Assembly (NCBI GenBank): GCA_963737655.1
Contig: CAVTTN010000002.1
Coordinates: forward strand, 6,528,001 to 6,592,000
Reading direction: 5' to 3'
Source of the DNA: an uncultured Planctomycetota bacterium
GTDB lineage: Bacteria; Planctomycetota; Planctomycetia; Isosphaerales; Isosphaeraceae
Length of the DNA: 64,000 nucleotides
In this document: positions 30,842 to 39,437 of the stretch, piece after piece
Layout: every line of letters starts with the position of its first letter
Position numbering within the stretch: the first letter of the stretch is position 1
The notes under the pieces: model-generated
The model's input: the letters and a program-made list of their open reading frames with translations, nothing else
Database searches by the model: none
What the model was told of the DNA's origin: nothing
Program-made: the position numbers and the translations under genes

Positions 30842-31580
30842 GGTCGAGGACCTCCATGACCAGTTCGGCATAGGCCCGGGCCCCTCGGGCCCGGGGGGCG
30901 TAATCCAGGACGCTCCGGCCGTGGCTCGGCGACTCGCTGATCGCGACGTCTCGAGGAACCATCGTCTCGAAGACCGCCCCGTCGAAGTACTCGCGGACCT
31001 CGTTGGCCACCTCATTAGCCAGCTCCAGCGCCGGGTCGAACATCGTCAGGACGATCCCGCCGATCTCCAGCCGGTTGTTGTCGCGGGCCTTGGTGTGGCG
31101 GGCCAGCTCGATGATCTGAGACAGCCCCTCCATCGCGAAGTATTCGCACTGGATCGGGATATAGATCTCGGCCGACGCCCCGAGGGCCGCCCGGGTCAAC
31201 TGGCCGAGCGAGGGCGGGCAATCCAGGAATACGAAATCGAAGTGGGCGAGTTCTTCGTGGAGCTGTTGACGCAGGGCCGAGGCCCGTTGCCGGTTCGTGG
31301 CCGAGAGGGCGTCGGCATCGGCTAGGCTCTGCGATCCGGGGAGGACCGCGAGCCTCGGCTGCGACGTTTCGGCCACGGACTCGACCAGGGGTTTCCCGGC
31401 GAGCAAGGGGTGCCTCGGCGGCGGCTCGACGCCCAGCCCACTTGTAGCGTTGCACTGGGGATCGATGTCCACGACCAGCGCAGTCCGACCGGCCTTGGCC
31501 AGTCCGGCGGCGAGGTTGATGGCGGTCGTGGTTTTGCCCACTCCGCCCTTCTGATTGGCCACGCTGATGATCTTGGCCAC
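30834..31580 (-). CDS. parA: ParA/Soj ATPase
   Basis: NQKGGVGKTT, DPQCNAT, DCPPSLG, QCEYFAMEG. Confidence 0.97.
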   Translation of the reverse strand: MAKIISVANQKGGVGKTTTAINLAAGLAKAGRTALVVDIDPQCNATSGLGVEPPPRHPLLAGKPLVESVAETSQPRLAVLPGSQSLADADALSATNRQRASALRQQLHEELAHFDFVFLDCPPSLGQLTRAALGASAEIYIPIQCEYFAMEGLSQIIELARHTKARDNNRLEIGGIVLTMFDPALELANEVANEVREYFDGAVFETMVPRDVAISESPSHGRSVLDYAPRARGARAYAELVMEVLDRE

Positions 31581-31732
31581 GTCCGTGCGGCCTCCGATTC
31601 AGAAAGGCGATCGGTCCGGGCGGGGATGGTACTCGGAGGGTCCGGGGGTGTAAAGCTCAAGACGGAGGGAGCGTGGGAGCGGCGAACGCAGTTGCGAGCT
31701 TCGTCTTCGCGGTTGGGTGAATTGCATGCACC

Positions 31733-33094
31733 CTACGGGGGCGATTCGGACGAAAGGCCGAGTCTTGCGGCCTCGGTTTCGAGGGCCTCGCTGTACGAGA
31801 TGGGATACGCTCCCGAGGCGTCCGGTCCTCGGAGGTCCTCGGGGATGGCGGCTCGCTGGGTCCGGCAATGCTCGCGGATCTCTTCGAGGGAGGGGAGCCC
31901 GAGGAGTTCTCCCCCGACGACTACCGGCGTCAACAACGGCTCGCCGTCGGCCGTCTCGTCGGAGCGCGTGACGTGGTCTCCAGCGAACCTCCCCTGCCCG
32001 TCCGTCCGGCGGTACACCTGCTTGGCGAGCGGATACGTCCGCTTCCCGGGACTCTTCTTGATCCGCCCGTGGCCGTCGATCGCCACGAGCTTGTAGACCA
32101 TGGACAGGGCCGGCGCGTCCCGGCTGGTGATCAGCTCGGTGCCGACCCCGAAGGCGTCGATCGGGGCCTCGAGCCGGACCAGCTCGGCGATCTTCCATTC
32201 GTCGAGGTCGCCGCTGGCGAAGATCCTCGTCGCCCGGCGATTCGAGGCGTCCAGGATCGTCCGGGCCTCCTTGGAGAGCGCGACGAGATCACCGCTGTCG
32301 ATCCGAATCCCGACGACCGGCGGCACGATCGCGGCGGCGTGACGGACCCCTTCGAGAGTGTCGTAGGTATCCACCAGCAGAGTCGAATTCTCCGGGAAAA
32401 CGCGGACGAACGCGGCGAAGGCGTCTGCCTCGGAGTCGAACGCCTGGACCCAGGCATGGGCCATCGTGCCGACCGGCGGGATTCCCAGCAGGCGAGCGGC
32501 CTCGACGTGGCTCGTCCCCGAGAACCCGGCGAAATACGAGGCCCTCGCGGCGAGAAACCCCGCATGAGGCCCGTGGCCTCGCCTCGCGCCGAAATCGACG
32601 CACGTCCGGCCCTCCGCCGCCTCGACGATCCGGCTCGCCTTGCTCGCCACGAGCGTCGGGTAGTTCAGAGAGGCGATCAGGAACGTCTCGGCCCACTGGG
32701 CCTGGATCAACGGAGCTTCGACCCTCAACAACGTCTCACCAGGAAAGACGACCGTGCCTTCGCGGACCGCCCAGAGGTCCCCCTCGAAGCGTAGGTCGGG
32801 AAGCGCGTCGAAGAACCCGGGGTCCACATGAGCGAAGGTCGGGAGCGAGCGGAGGTAGTCGGCCTGCTCGCGAGAGAACGCCAGGCGGAGGAGGTCGCCG
32901 ACGGCCTGCTCCAGACCGGCGAACACGAGGTAGGCCCGGCCCGGCGGGAGCCTCCTCACGAAGAGCTCGAAGGAGGCCGTTTTCGACGCCATCCCGGAGG
33001 CGGAATACGCGGCCATCATCGTGACCTGGTAGAGGTCCGTGACGGGGCCGAGATGGTTCGGGTCGGGCCAGAGCGAGGTCGGCGGACGGTGCAT
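31733..33094 (-). CDS. pncB: Nicotinate phosphoribosyltransferase
   Basis: TDLYQVTM, DFGARR, GTMAH, LVDTYD, RIDSGD, GVGT, VYKL. Confidence 0.95.
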   Translation of the reverse strand: MHRPPTSLWPDPNHLGPVTDLYQVTMMAAYSASGMASKTASFELFVRRLPPGRAYLVFAGLEQAVGDLLRLAFSREQADYLRSLPTFAHVDPGFFDALPDLRFEGDLWAVREGTVVFPGETLLRVEAPLIQAQWAETFLIASLNYPTLVASKASRIVEAAEGRTCVDFGARRGHGPHAGFLAARASYFAGFSGTSHVEAARLLGIPPVGTMAHAWVQAFDSEADAFAAFVRVFPENSTLLVDTYDTLEGVRHAAAIVPPVVGIRIDSGDLVALSKEARTILDASNRRATRIFASGDLDEWKIAELVRLEAPIDAFGVGTELITSRDAPALSMVYKLVAIDGHGRIKKSPGKRTYPLAKQVYRRTDGQGRFAGDHVTRSDETADGEPLLTPVVVGGELLGLPSLEEIREHCRTQRAAIPEDLRGPDASGAYPISYSEALETEAARLGLSSESPP

Positions 33095-33122
33095 GGGTCG
33101 ATCACGAAATGAGGTCGACGGG

Positions 33123-34868
33123 TTAATCCAGACCGGCGGGCGGATCGCGGAATGTCCTGGACCCCGGGGCTTGGCCGAACGTCCCGGAGACCGGAGGTTG
33201 AAGGAGGAGGAGGGCGCTCGACTCGAACCCCTGGCCATGATCCTGCCCACGCCACCCGGGGCCGAGGTCGAGCCGGGTCGCGGGGCTCAGACGGTAGGAG
33301 AAGACTTCGCGGACCTGGAAGGCAGGAGAGAGCCGCTTCAGGGCCTGGAGCCCGTCCGATTCCTGGTCGAGCTGGACCCGATCGATGATCCGAGGGCCGG
33401 GCGGGCCCGGGACGTTCAGGAGGGCCGAGAGGTCGGGCATCCGGCGGATCGCCAGGCCGTTCGAGGCGGCATAGAACAGCTCGGGAGGCCGGACCAGTCC
33501 CGGGATCCCCGCTCCGGTCGGGAACTTTGCCGACAGTTCCCGGACCGCCGAGCGAAGCGAGTCGGTCGGCGCCAGAAGTTCCCGGGAGGGTCCGTCGTGA
33601 TCCGACAGGATCGGCCCGTGAAGCCAGACCGCCAGCCCCAGGACGGCGGTCATCGCTGCGGCAAACGGGCCGAGACGAGGCCGGAGGATGACCGTCGGCT
33701 CGCCGAGGAACTGAGTCGCCATCGCCGCCACGTTCAGCCAGCCGAGGAGGTGTAGGGGGAGCATCAACCTCGCATACGGGTGGTAGAACGGCGAGAGTGC
33801 GGCCATCAGCAACCAGCCGATCGCCACGAGCCTCGGCCCCGGTCGATCGGAGAGGAGCAACCAGGGAGCCAGGGCCAGCCCGGACCAGAGCGAGAGCTCG
33901 GGGAGCAGACCCAGGGCCAGGCAGCCGACCATCAAACCCAGTCGGAATCGTCGCCAGCCGAGGGCCGAAGATCGTCCCACGGCGAAGCCGATCCAGGCCA
34001 CCGGCCAGGCCACGGCCCCCCAGGAGATCGAGCCCCAGAGCGACCCGGAGAGGATCACCGCCTGATCAATCTGGGCCTTGAGGTGTCCCGGCCACGAGCC
34101 GGGTCCGTCCAGGTAGCCGCGATGGTGGCGAGTCAAGGCCGCGTACCCGCCCGGCTGGGCCTCGACGAAGCGATACCACGGCCAGTAGACGGCCGCCGCG
34201 ACCAGGGCTGCCAGCACTCCGAACCCCACCGCCCGAAGGCTCTGGCGACGTCCCCCGGAGGTCGGCCGGACGAGCCCCCAAACCGCCGAGGCGGCGACGA
34301 TCACGCCCGCCAGGACTCCGTTATATTTCGCGTTCTGGGCCAGGCCCACCGAGGCTCCGAAAACGATCGCCCGAATCGCTCCTGGCTTCTCCAAGAATCG
34401 GCTCCCCAGAACCAGCGCCAGGGCCCATGTCAAGAGGAACGTCGAGTCGGTCAGGGCCATCCGGGAGAAGACGATGTGAGGCCCGCTGAGCGCCGCCAGG
34501 GAGGCCGCCATCGCTCCGGCTCCCGGACCGAACGTCCTCCAACCGAGCCAGCCGACGATCGGGATCGTCGCCACCCCGGCCACCTGGGAAACGAAGATCG
34601 CCGCCAGGTCCGACGGGCCTCCCGACAGCAAATAGGCGATCCCCACGAGGATCGAATACAGAGGAGGCGCGTAAGCGATCAGCTCGGGGCTGATTCCGGC
34701 GAGCCCTTTCGGCGAAAGGCTCCAGAGCCCGGCCAGGGCATAGATGCCCTCGTCGAAGTGATTCAAGCCGAGGCGTTGCGGGTTCCAGAACCGCAGGACG
34801 GCCCCAACCAGGGTCACTCCGGCGATGAAGGCCGACTCGCGGCGACCGGGAGTCTGGAGGATCGTCAT
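33123..34868 (-). CDS. ArnT/GT39-like membrane glycosyltransferase
   Basis: LRF...FDEGIY after TM1, SRMALTD, AKYNG, multiple TM segments. Confidence 0.8.
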   Translation of the reverse strand: MTILQTPGRRESAFIAGVTLVGAVLRFWNPQRLGLNHFDEGIYALAGLWSLSPKGLAGISPELIAYAPPLYSILVGIAYLLSGGPSDLAAIFVSQVAGVATIPIVGWLGWRTFGPGAGAMAASLAALSGPHIVFSRMALTDSTFLLTWALALVLGSRFLEKPGAIRAIVFGASVGLAQNAKYNGVLAGVIVAASAVWGLVRPTSGGRRQSLRAVGFGVLAALVAAAVYWPWYRFVEAQPGGYAALTRHHRGYLDGPGSWPGHLKAQIDQAVILSGSLWGSISWGAVAWPVAWIGFAVGRSSALGWRRFRLGLMVGCLALGLLPELSLWSGLALAPWLLLSDRPGPRLVAIGWLLMAALSPFYHPYARLMLPLHLLGWLNVAAMATQFLGEPTVILRPRLGPFAAAMTAVLGLAVWLHGPILSDHDGPSRELLAPTDSLRSAVRELSAKFPTGAGIPGLVRPPELFYAASNGLAIRRMPDLSALLNVPGPPGPRIIDRVQLDQESDGLQALKRLSPAFQVREVFSYRLSPATRLDLGPGWRGQDHGQGFESSALLLLQPPVSGTFGQAPGSRTFRDPPAGLD

Positions 34869-34908
34869 GGGCGACCATCCTACCCGATCGGCCCACGTTC
34901 CTCACCGA

Positions 34909-34924
34909 CGTTCCACGTGAAACG
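34909..34924. promoter_or_regulatory. parS site in a divergent intergenic region
   Basis: CGTTCCACGTGAAACG. Confidence 0.85.
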
Positions 34925-34969
34925 ACGGAATCGGCGGGCGCTCCTTCGGACTACGCCGAGACGGCCCTG

Positions 34970-34998
34970 TTGACGGCCCTCGCCCGACGCGCTAGCTT
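34970..34998 (+). promoter_or_regulatory. Candidate sigma70 promoter for the deacetylase/symporter operon
   Basis: TTGACG-N17-TAGCTT. Confidence 0.45.
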
Positions 34999-35032
34999 CG
35001 ATGCCAGTCGATCCGTGAGGGAGGCCGCCTCG

Positions 35033-35982
35033 ATGGTCATGCTGTTCACCGACCGCCGGATGATCGCTCACTCGCCGCCCGAGGGGCACCCCGAGAAGCC
35101 CGAGAGGCTCGCCGCCGTCCTCCGTCACCTGGAGCGGACCGGGCTCGATCGAAGGTGCTCGACGGGAACGATCCGCGAGGCGACCGACGAAGAACTCGGC
35201 CGGGTCCATTCGCTCGCGATCCTCACGCCGATCCGCAAGGCCGAATCGCGAGGAGGCGGGCAGGTCGAGGCGGACACCTGGATCTCCTCCGGCTCTGAAC
35301 TTGCCGGTAGACTGGCGGCGGGCGCCGTCGTCGAGGCCGTCTCGGCGGTGATCTCCGGGCCCGATCGCCGGGCCTTTTGCGCGGTCCGGCCTCCGGGCCA
35401 TCACGCCCGGCCGTCCGAACCGATGGGCTTTTGCCTGTTCGACAGCGTGGCCGTGGGGGCGGCGGACGCCGTGGAGCGCATCGGGCTGGCCCGCGTCCTG
35501 ATCGTGGATTGGGACGTTCACCACGGCAACGGCACTCAGGAGATTTTTTACGAAGACCCTCGCGTCACGTTCCTCTCGGTCCATCGCCACCCGTTCTATC
35601 CCGGGACCGGCCTGGAAGACGAGACGGGCCGGGGTCGGGGCCTGGGCTTCACGAGGAACGTGCCGTTGCCGTACGGGATCTCGCGGAGCGAGTACCTGGC
35701 GGCGTTTCGCGCGAATCTCCACGAGGTCGCCGACCGGGTCCGGCCCGAGCTGGTGATCGTCTCGGCCGGGTTCGACGCGCACGCCGAGGACCCGGTCGGC
35801 GACCTCGGGCTGGAGGTCGAGGACTTCCAGGCGATGACTCGGGACGTCCTGGACGTGGCCGAGACCCATGCCGGAGGGCGGATCGTCAGCGTGATGGAAG
35901 GCGGATACAACCTGCCGATCCTGGCTGGCAGCGTTGCCGCCCACATGGAAATCCTGCTGGCCGAGGGAAGGGGGCCCGATGA
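35033..35982 (+). CDS. Histone deacetylase family protein
   Basis: HPEKPERL, RPPGHHA, GFC, DWDVHHGNGT, SAGFDAH, EGGY. The true stop is probably the TGA of the ATGA overlap at 35979-35982, with one G missing from the run at about 35970. Confidence 0.9.
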
Positions 35983-37271
35983 GCCTCGAAGCCCGGTCAC
36001 CCCGAAGGGTCTCGCCGATCGCCCGAATCCTGATCGCCATGGCCCTGGGCATCCTGCTTGGGTGTTTGCTCCGACTCGAGTCGCCTACGAGGCGGTCAAC
36101 TCATGCCGCGGAGCTGGAGGCGATCGGTCGGGTGGTGATCGACATGGTGAAGGCCCTGGCCGCCCCCTTGCTCCTCTTCGCGGTCCTCGACGCCTTCCTC
36201 CGCACCGAGATCCGCGCGAGGGCCGGAGCCACGATGGTGGCCATCGCCTTGACCAACGCGGCGATCGCGCTGGGGATCGGCCTGACGCTCTCGAACGTCC
36301 TGAAGCCCGGCTCGTCGTTTCACATCGAGACCAGCGCGGCCGATTCGAAGAGTCTCGCCGAGTTCCAGAAGCGCGCCCAGTCCATCGACTTCCTGAAGGA
36401 GATCACCGGCTACCTGCCGACGAATGTGGTCCGTCCGTTCGTGGACAACGCGATCATCACCATCGTGATCCTGGCGGTCCTGGTCGGCGCCGCCCTTCGG
36501 AGGGCCAAGACCGAGCAGATCGCCCTGGGCCGTGACGATTACCTCGTGGTCGAGGGGCTCGTCTCGACCATGCTCCGGGCCGTGGAGATCGTCCTGGGCT
36601 GGGTGATGGTCCTGATCCCTCTGGCGGTCTTCGCGGCCGTCAGCACGGCCATCGGTCGCCACGGATTCGGCGTGTTCCGAGGGCTGGCGGCGTACGTGGG
36701 AGCGGCTTCGCTCGGCCTGGCGCTCCAGGTTTTCGTGGTGTACCAGGCATGGATCGTCCTGGTGGCGAGGAAGCCGTTGGGATGGTTCTGGAAGGGGGCG
36801 CGAGCTCCATTGGCCGTCGCGATGGGCACCGCCAGCAGCATGGCGACGCTCCCCGAGACCCTGAAGGCCCTCAGGAAGATGGACGTTTCTCCCCAGTCGG
36901 CGAACCTCGCCGCCTGCGTGGGGACGAACCTCAATAACGACGGGATCTTGCTCTACGAGGCGATGGCCGTCCTGTTCGTGGCCCAGGCCTACGGGGTGCC
37001 CTTCCCGATCGACAAGCAACTCGTGGCCGTGGCCGCCTGTGCAATTGCCGGGATGGGGATCTCGGGCATCCCTGACGCAGGCTTCCTCTCGCTGACGATC
37101 GTCCTCGCGACGGTCGACCTGCCGGTGACGATCCTGCCCGTCCTGTTGACGGTCGATTGGCTGATCGGCCGGATGAGGGCGATGACCAACGTGACCAGCG
37201 ACATGCTCGTGGCCGTGTTGCTCGATCGCCTGGCCCCCTCGAAACGGAGACCCGACGAGCTTCCCGGCTGA
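35979..37271 (+). CDS. Dicarboxylate/amino acid:cation symporter (DAACS)
   Basis: TASSMATLP, NLNNDG, VDWLIGRMRAMTNVTSD. Confidence 0.92.
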   Translation: MSLEARSPRRVSPIARILIAMALGILLGCLLRLESPTRRSTHAAELEAIGRVVIDMVKALAAPLLLFAVLDAFLRTEIRARAGATMVAIALTNAAIALGIGLTLSNVLKPGSSFHIETSAADSKSLAEFQKRAQSIDFLKEITGYLPTNVVRPFVDNAIITIVILAVLVGAALRRAKTEQIALGRDDYLVVEGLVSTMLRAVEIVLGWVMVLIPLAVFAAVSTAIGRHGFGVFRGLAAYVGAASLGLALQVFVVYQAWIVLVARKPLGWFWKGARAPLAVAMGTASSMATLPETLKALRKMDVSPQSANLAACVGTNLNNDGILLYEAMAVLFVAQAYGVPFPIDKQLVAVAACAIAGMGISGIPDAGFLSLTIVLATVDLPVTILPVLLTVDWLIGRMRAMTNVTSDMLVAVLLDRLAPSKRRPDELPG

Positions 37272-37273
37272 AG

Positions 37274-37348
37274 TGACCCCGACGGGATTCGAACCCGTGT
37301 ACCGACCTTGAAAGGGTCGTGTCCTGGACCTGGCTAGACGACGGGGCC
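37274..37348 (-). tRNA. tRNA-Glu(UUC), CCA not encoded
   Basis: GGCCCCGTCGTCTAGCCAGGTCCAGGACA-CGACC-CTTTCAA-GGTCG-...GGTTCGAATCCC...CGGGGTCA. Confidence 0.97.
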
Positions 37349-37369
37349 CCTGGGCGAGGCGAGTGAGTT

Positions 37370-37399
37370 ACTGTACGCTTCGGACGTCGCCGCGGTCAA
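37370..37399 (-). promoter_or_regulatory. sigma70-type promoter of tRNA-Glu
   Basis: TTGACC-N18-TACAGT, same layout as the tRNA-Pro promoter. Confidence 0.6.
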
Positions 37400-37522
37400 G
37401 GCCGCGCCGGGCAGACCTCGGCTCGAACACCCCGAAGGTTGAAGGCGGGTTGATCCTCCCGGAGCGACTTGCTACCCTCGGGACCGATCCCGACCGACAG
37501 GACGGCTGAGGAGGGCACCCCG

Positions 37523-38086
37523 ATGCTTCGCATCTTGCTGCTGACCGGCGATGCCGGCGAAGCCCAGGAAATCTACTACGCCAAGTATCGCCTGGAAGAG
37601 GAGGGGTGGACGGTCCAGATCGCCGCTCCAACCAAGCGGACCTTCCTGTCGGTCGTCCACGACTTCGACCCGGCCTATGACACGTACGTCGAGAAGCCTG
37701 GATACTTCGTCCAGGCCGACCTCGGGCTGGACGACGTGGACGCGGCGAGCTTCGATGCCCTGGTGTTGCCCGGAGGTCGCGCCCCGGAGTACTTGCGGAA
37801 CCGGCCGAAGGCCGTGGCGATCGTCCGCCATTTCGTCGAGTCGAAGAAGCCGATCGCCGCGAACTGCCACGGCCCGTTGCTCGTCATCGCCGCCGGAGGG
37901 GCCTCGGGTCGGACGATGACGTGCTATCCCGAGCTGGAGCCGGACGTCCGGGCCGCCGGCGCCGAGTTCGTCAACCGAGACGTGGTCGTGGACGGGCCCC
38001 TGGTGACCGTCCGGGGTTGGCCCGATAACGGTCCCTGGATGAGGGAGTTCGTCCGCCTGCTCAAGGGCATCGCGGGGAAGTCGTGA
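37523..38086 (+). CDS. DJ-1/PfpI family protein
   Basis: LPGGRAPEYLR, ANCHG nucleophile elbow. Confidence 0.92.
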   Translation: MLRILLLTGDAGEAQEIYYAKYRLEEEGWTVQIAAPTKRTFLSVVHDFDPAYDTYVEKPGYFVQADLGLDDVDAASFDALVLPGGRAPEYLRNRPKAVAIVRHFVESKKPIAANCHGPLLVIAAGGASGRTMTCYPELEPDVRAAGAEFVNRDVVVDGPLVTVRGWPDNGPWMREFVRLLKGIAGKS

Positions 38087-38134
38087 GGCGGGCCGCCAAT
38101 CGGCGATTCGAGGCGGGAGGTTTCGGGGGCTCGA

Positions 38135-38341
38135 TCACTCCGGGTCACCGGCCGGCGGGCTGGTTTCCCGGACCTTGTTGGCGTTCTGAATCGCGTCATA
38201 CACCTCGCGACGATGAACGCTTACGTCTTTCGGCGCGTCGATCCCCAGGCGGACCTTGTCGCCGCGGATCTCCACCACGGTGATCGTGATGTGATCGTTG
38301 ATGATGATGCTCTCGTTCTTCTTCCGCGAGAGAACAAGCAT
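38135..38341 (-). CDS. csrA: Carbon storage regulator CsrA
   Basis: [14 protein letters not shown]...VRLGIDAP...HRREVY. Confidence 0.95.
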   Translation of the reverse strand: MLVLSRKKNESIIINDHITITVVEIRGDKVRLGIDAPKDVSVHRREVYDAIQNANKVRETSPPAGDPE

Positions 38342-38693
38342 CGACGTACCCTCTCCAACCTGGGTACTCCGAGCCACGTCGGCCGGCTTCACGTATCCAA
38401 ACGTTTAAGGGCCGGCCGATGGAATTCCGCGCCCGGGGACCGGTTGACCGATCCCATCATTCCCCGAGCGCGCCGAGGGCGTCAAGAGGTTGCGCCATTT
38501 TCTCGCTCGCGAGGGTCGTGCGGACCCTGGGCGATTTTGCCAGTCTGGGAAGACTGCAAGGAAGTTCGAACCGGATTGGCGATGCGATTCGGCTATCTGT
38601 TGCCCGAACTTGGGGTCTGGAACGGCTCAGGACGCTTTCTTGGCTCATCTCGTCGCAAGGACTCGGTCTGAGAAGGCTCGAAAAAAAGTTTCG

Positions 38694-39437
38694 TTAATCC
38701 GTCTCGGATGAGTAGCGACGGTAGAGGGTGCCCAGGCCGAGGTCGTAGATTTCGGCCTCGATGTCATCCTTGGTCGCCGGGTGGATGGTCACCCGAAGTT
38801 CCTCGATCAGGAGTTCCAGGAATTTGCCGCGGGCCCTCTGAAGGGTCTTTCGGAACGCTTCGGCGGAGATCTTCGAGCCGACCTGAGCCCCGAGGTTTTC
38901 GGCAAGCTGGTCGATCGGGGCCTCGGGGTTCTCGACGCGGAGATGCAGGACGCTGGCGTAGCGGTTCTTGGGAGTGCTCGCCTCGTAGGTTTCCAGCCGC
39001 GACCACACGCGACGGATCACGGCCTCCCGCCAGACCCGGTCATATTCGGCGTCATTGGCGGTGGGGTCGAGCAGGTCGCCCGGCGGCAGCGGCTGGAGCT
39101 TCCGGCCCCGGAAATGATCCACGATCAGCCGGTGGAGGACCGTGCGGAGGTAGTCGCGAAACCGCCCCTTGTTGTGGTCCGCGCCGGCGAGCTTATGGTC
39201 GAGCAGCTTGGTCCAGAATTCCTGGAAGACCTCGTCGGCGAGGTTCCGGTCTCGGAGCTTCAGGCGGAGGTAGCGCTCGACGGCATCGTGGTAGCGGCCG
39301 ATCAGCTCGCGCATCGCGGCGGTCCCGGCGGGGCCGGGCATGTGGGCGGTGCGGATCGTCGTCCAGCTCGTGTCGAGCGTGGTCAGGCGATCGCCGGGCG
39401 GGGGAGTTGCGGAGTCGTCATCATCGGCCATGGCCAC
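38694..39437 (-). CDS. ECF sigma factor (planctomycete type)
   Basis: TSWTTI, ADEVFQEF, KGRFRDYLRTVL, FRKTLQRAR. Confidence 0.85.
   Translation of the reverse strand: MAMADDDDSATPPPGDRLTTLDTSWTTIRTAHMPGPAGTAAMRELIGRYHDAVERYLRLKLRDRNLADEVFQEFWTKLLDHKLAGADHNKGRFRDYLRTVLHRLIVDHFRGRKLQPLPPGDLLDPTANDAEYDRVWREAVIRRVWSRLETYEASTPKNRYASVLHLRVENPEAPIDQLAENLGAQVGSKISAEAFRKTLQRARGKFLELLIEELRVTIHPATKDDIEAEIYDLGLGTLYRRYSSETD

Noticed and set aside
34970..36535. Deacetylase with a long C-terminal extension
   Set aside because: The extension overlaps the symporter out of frame. One added G restores a stop at 35982.
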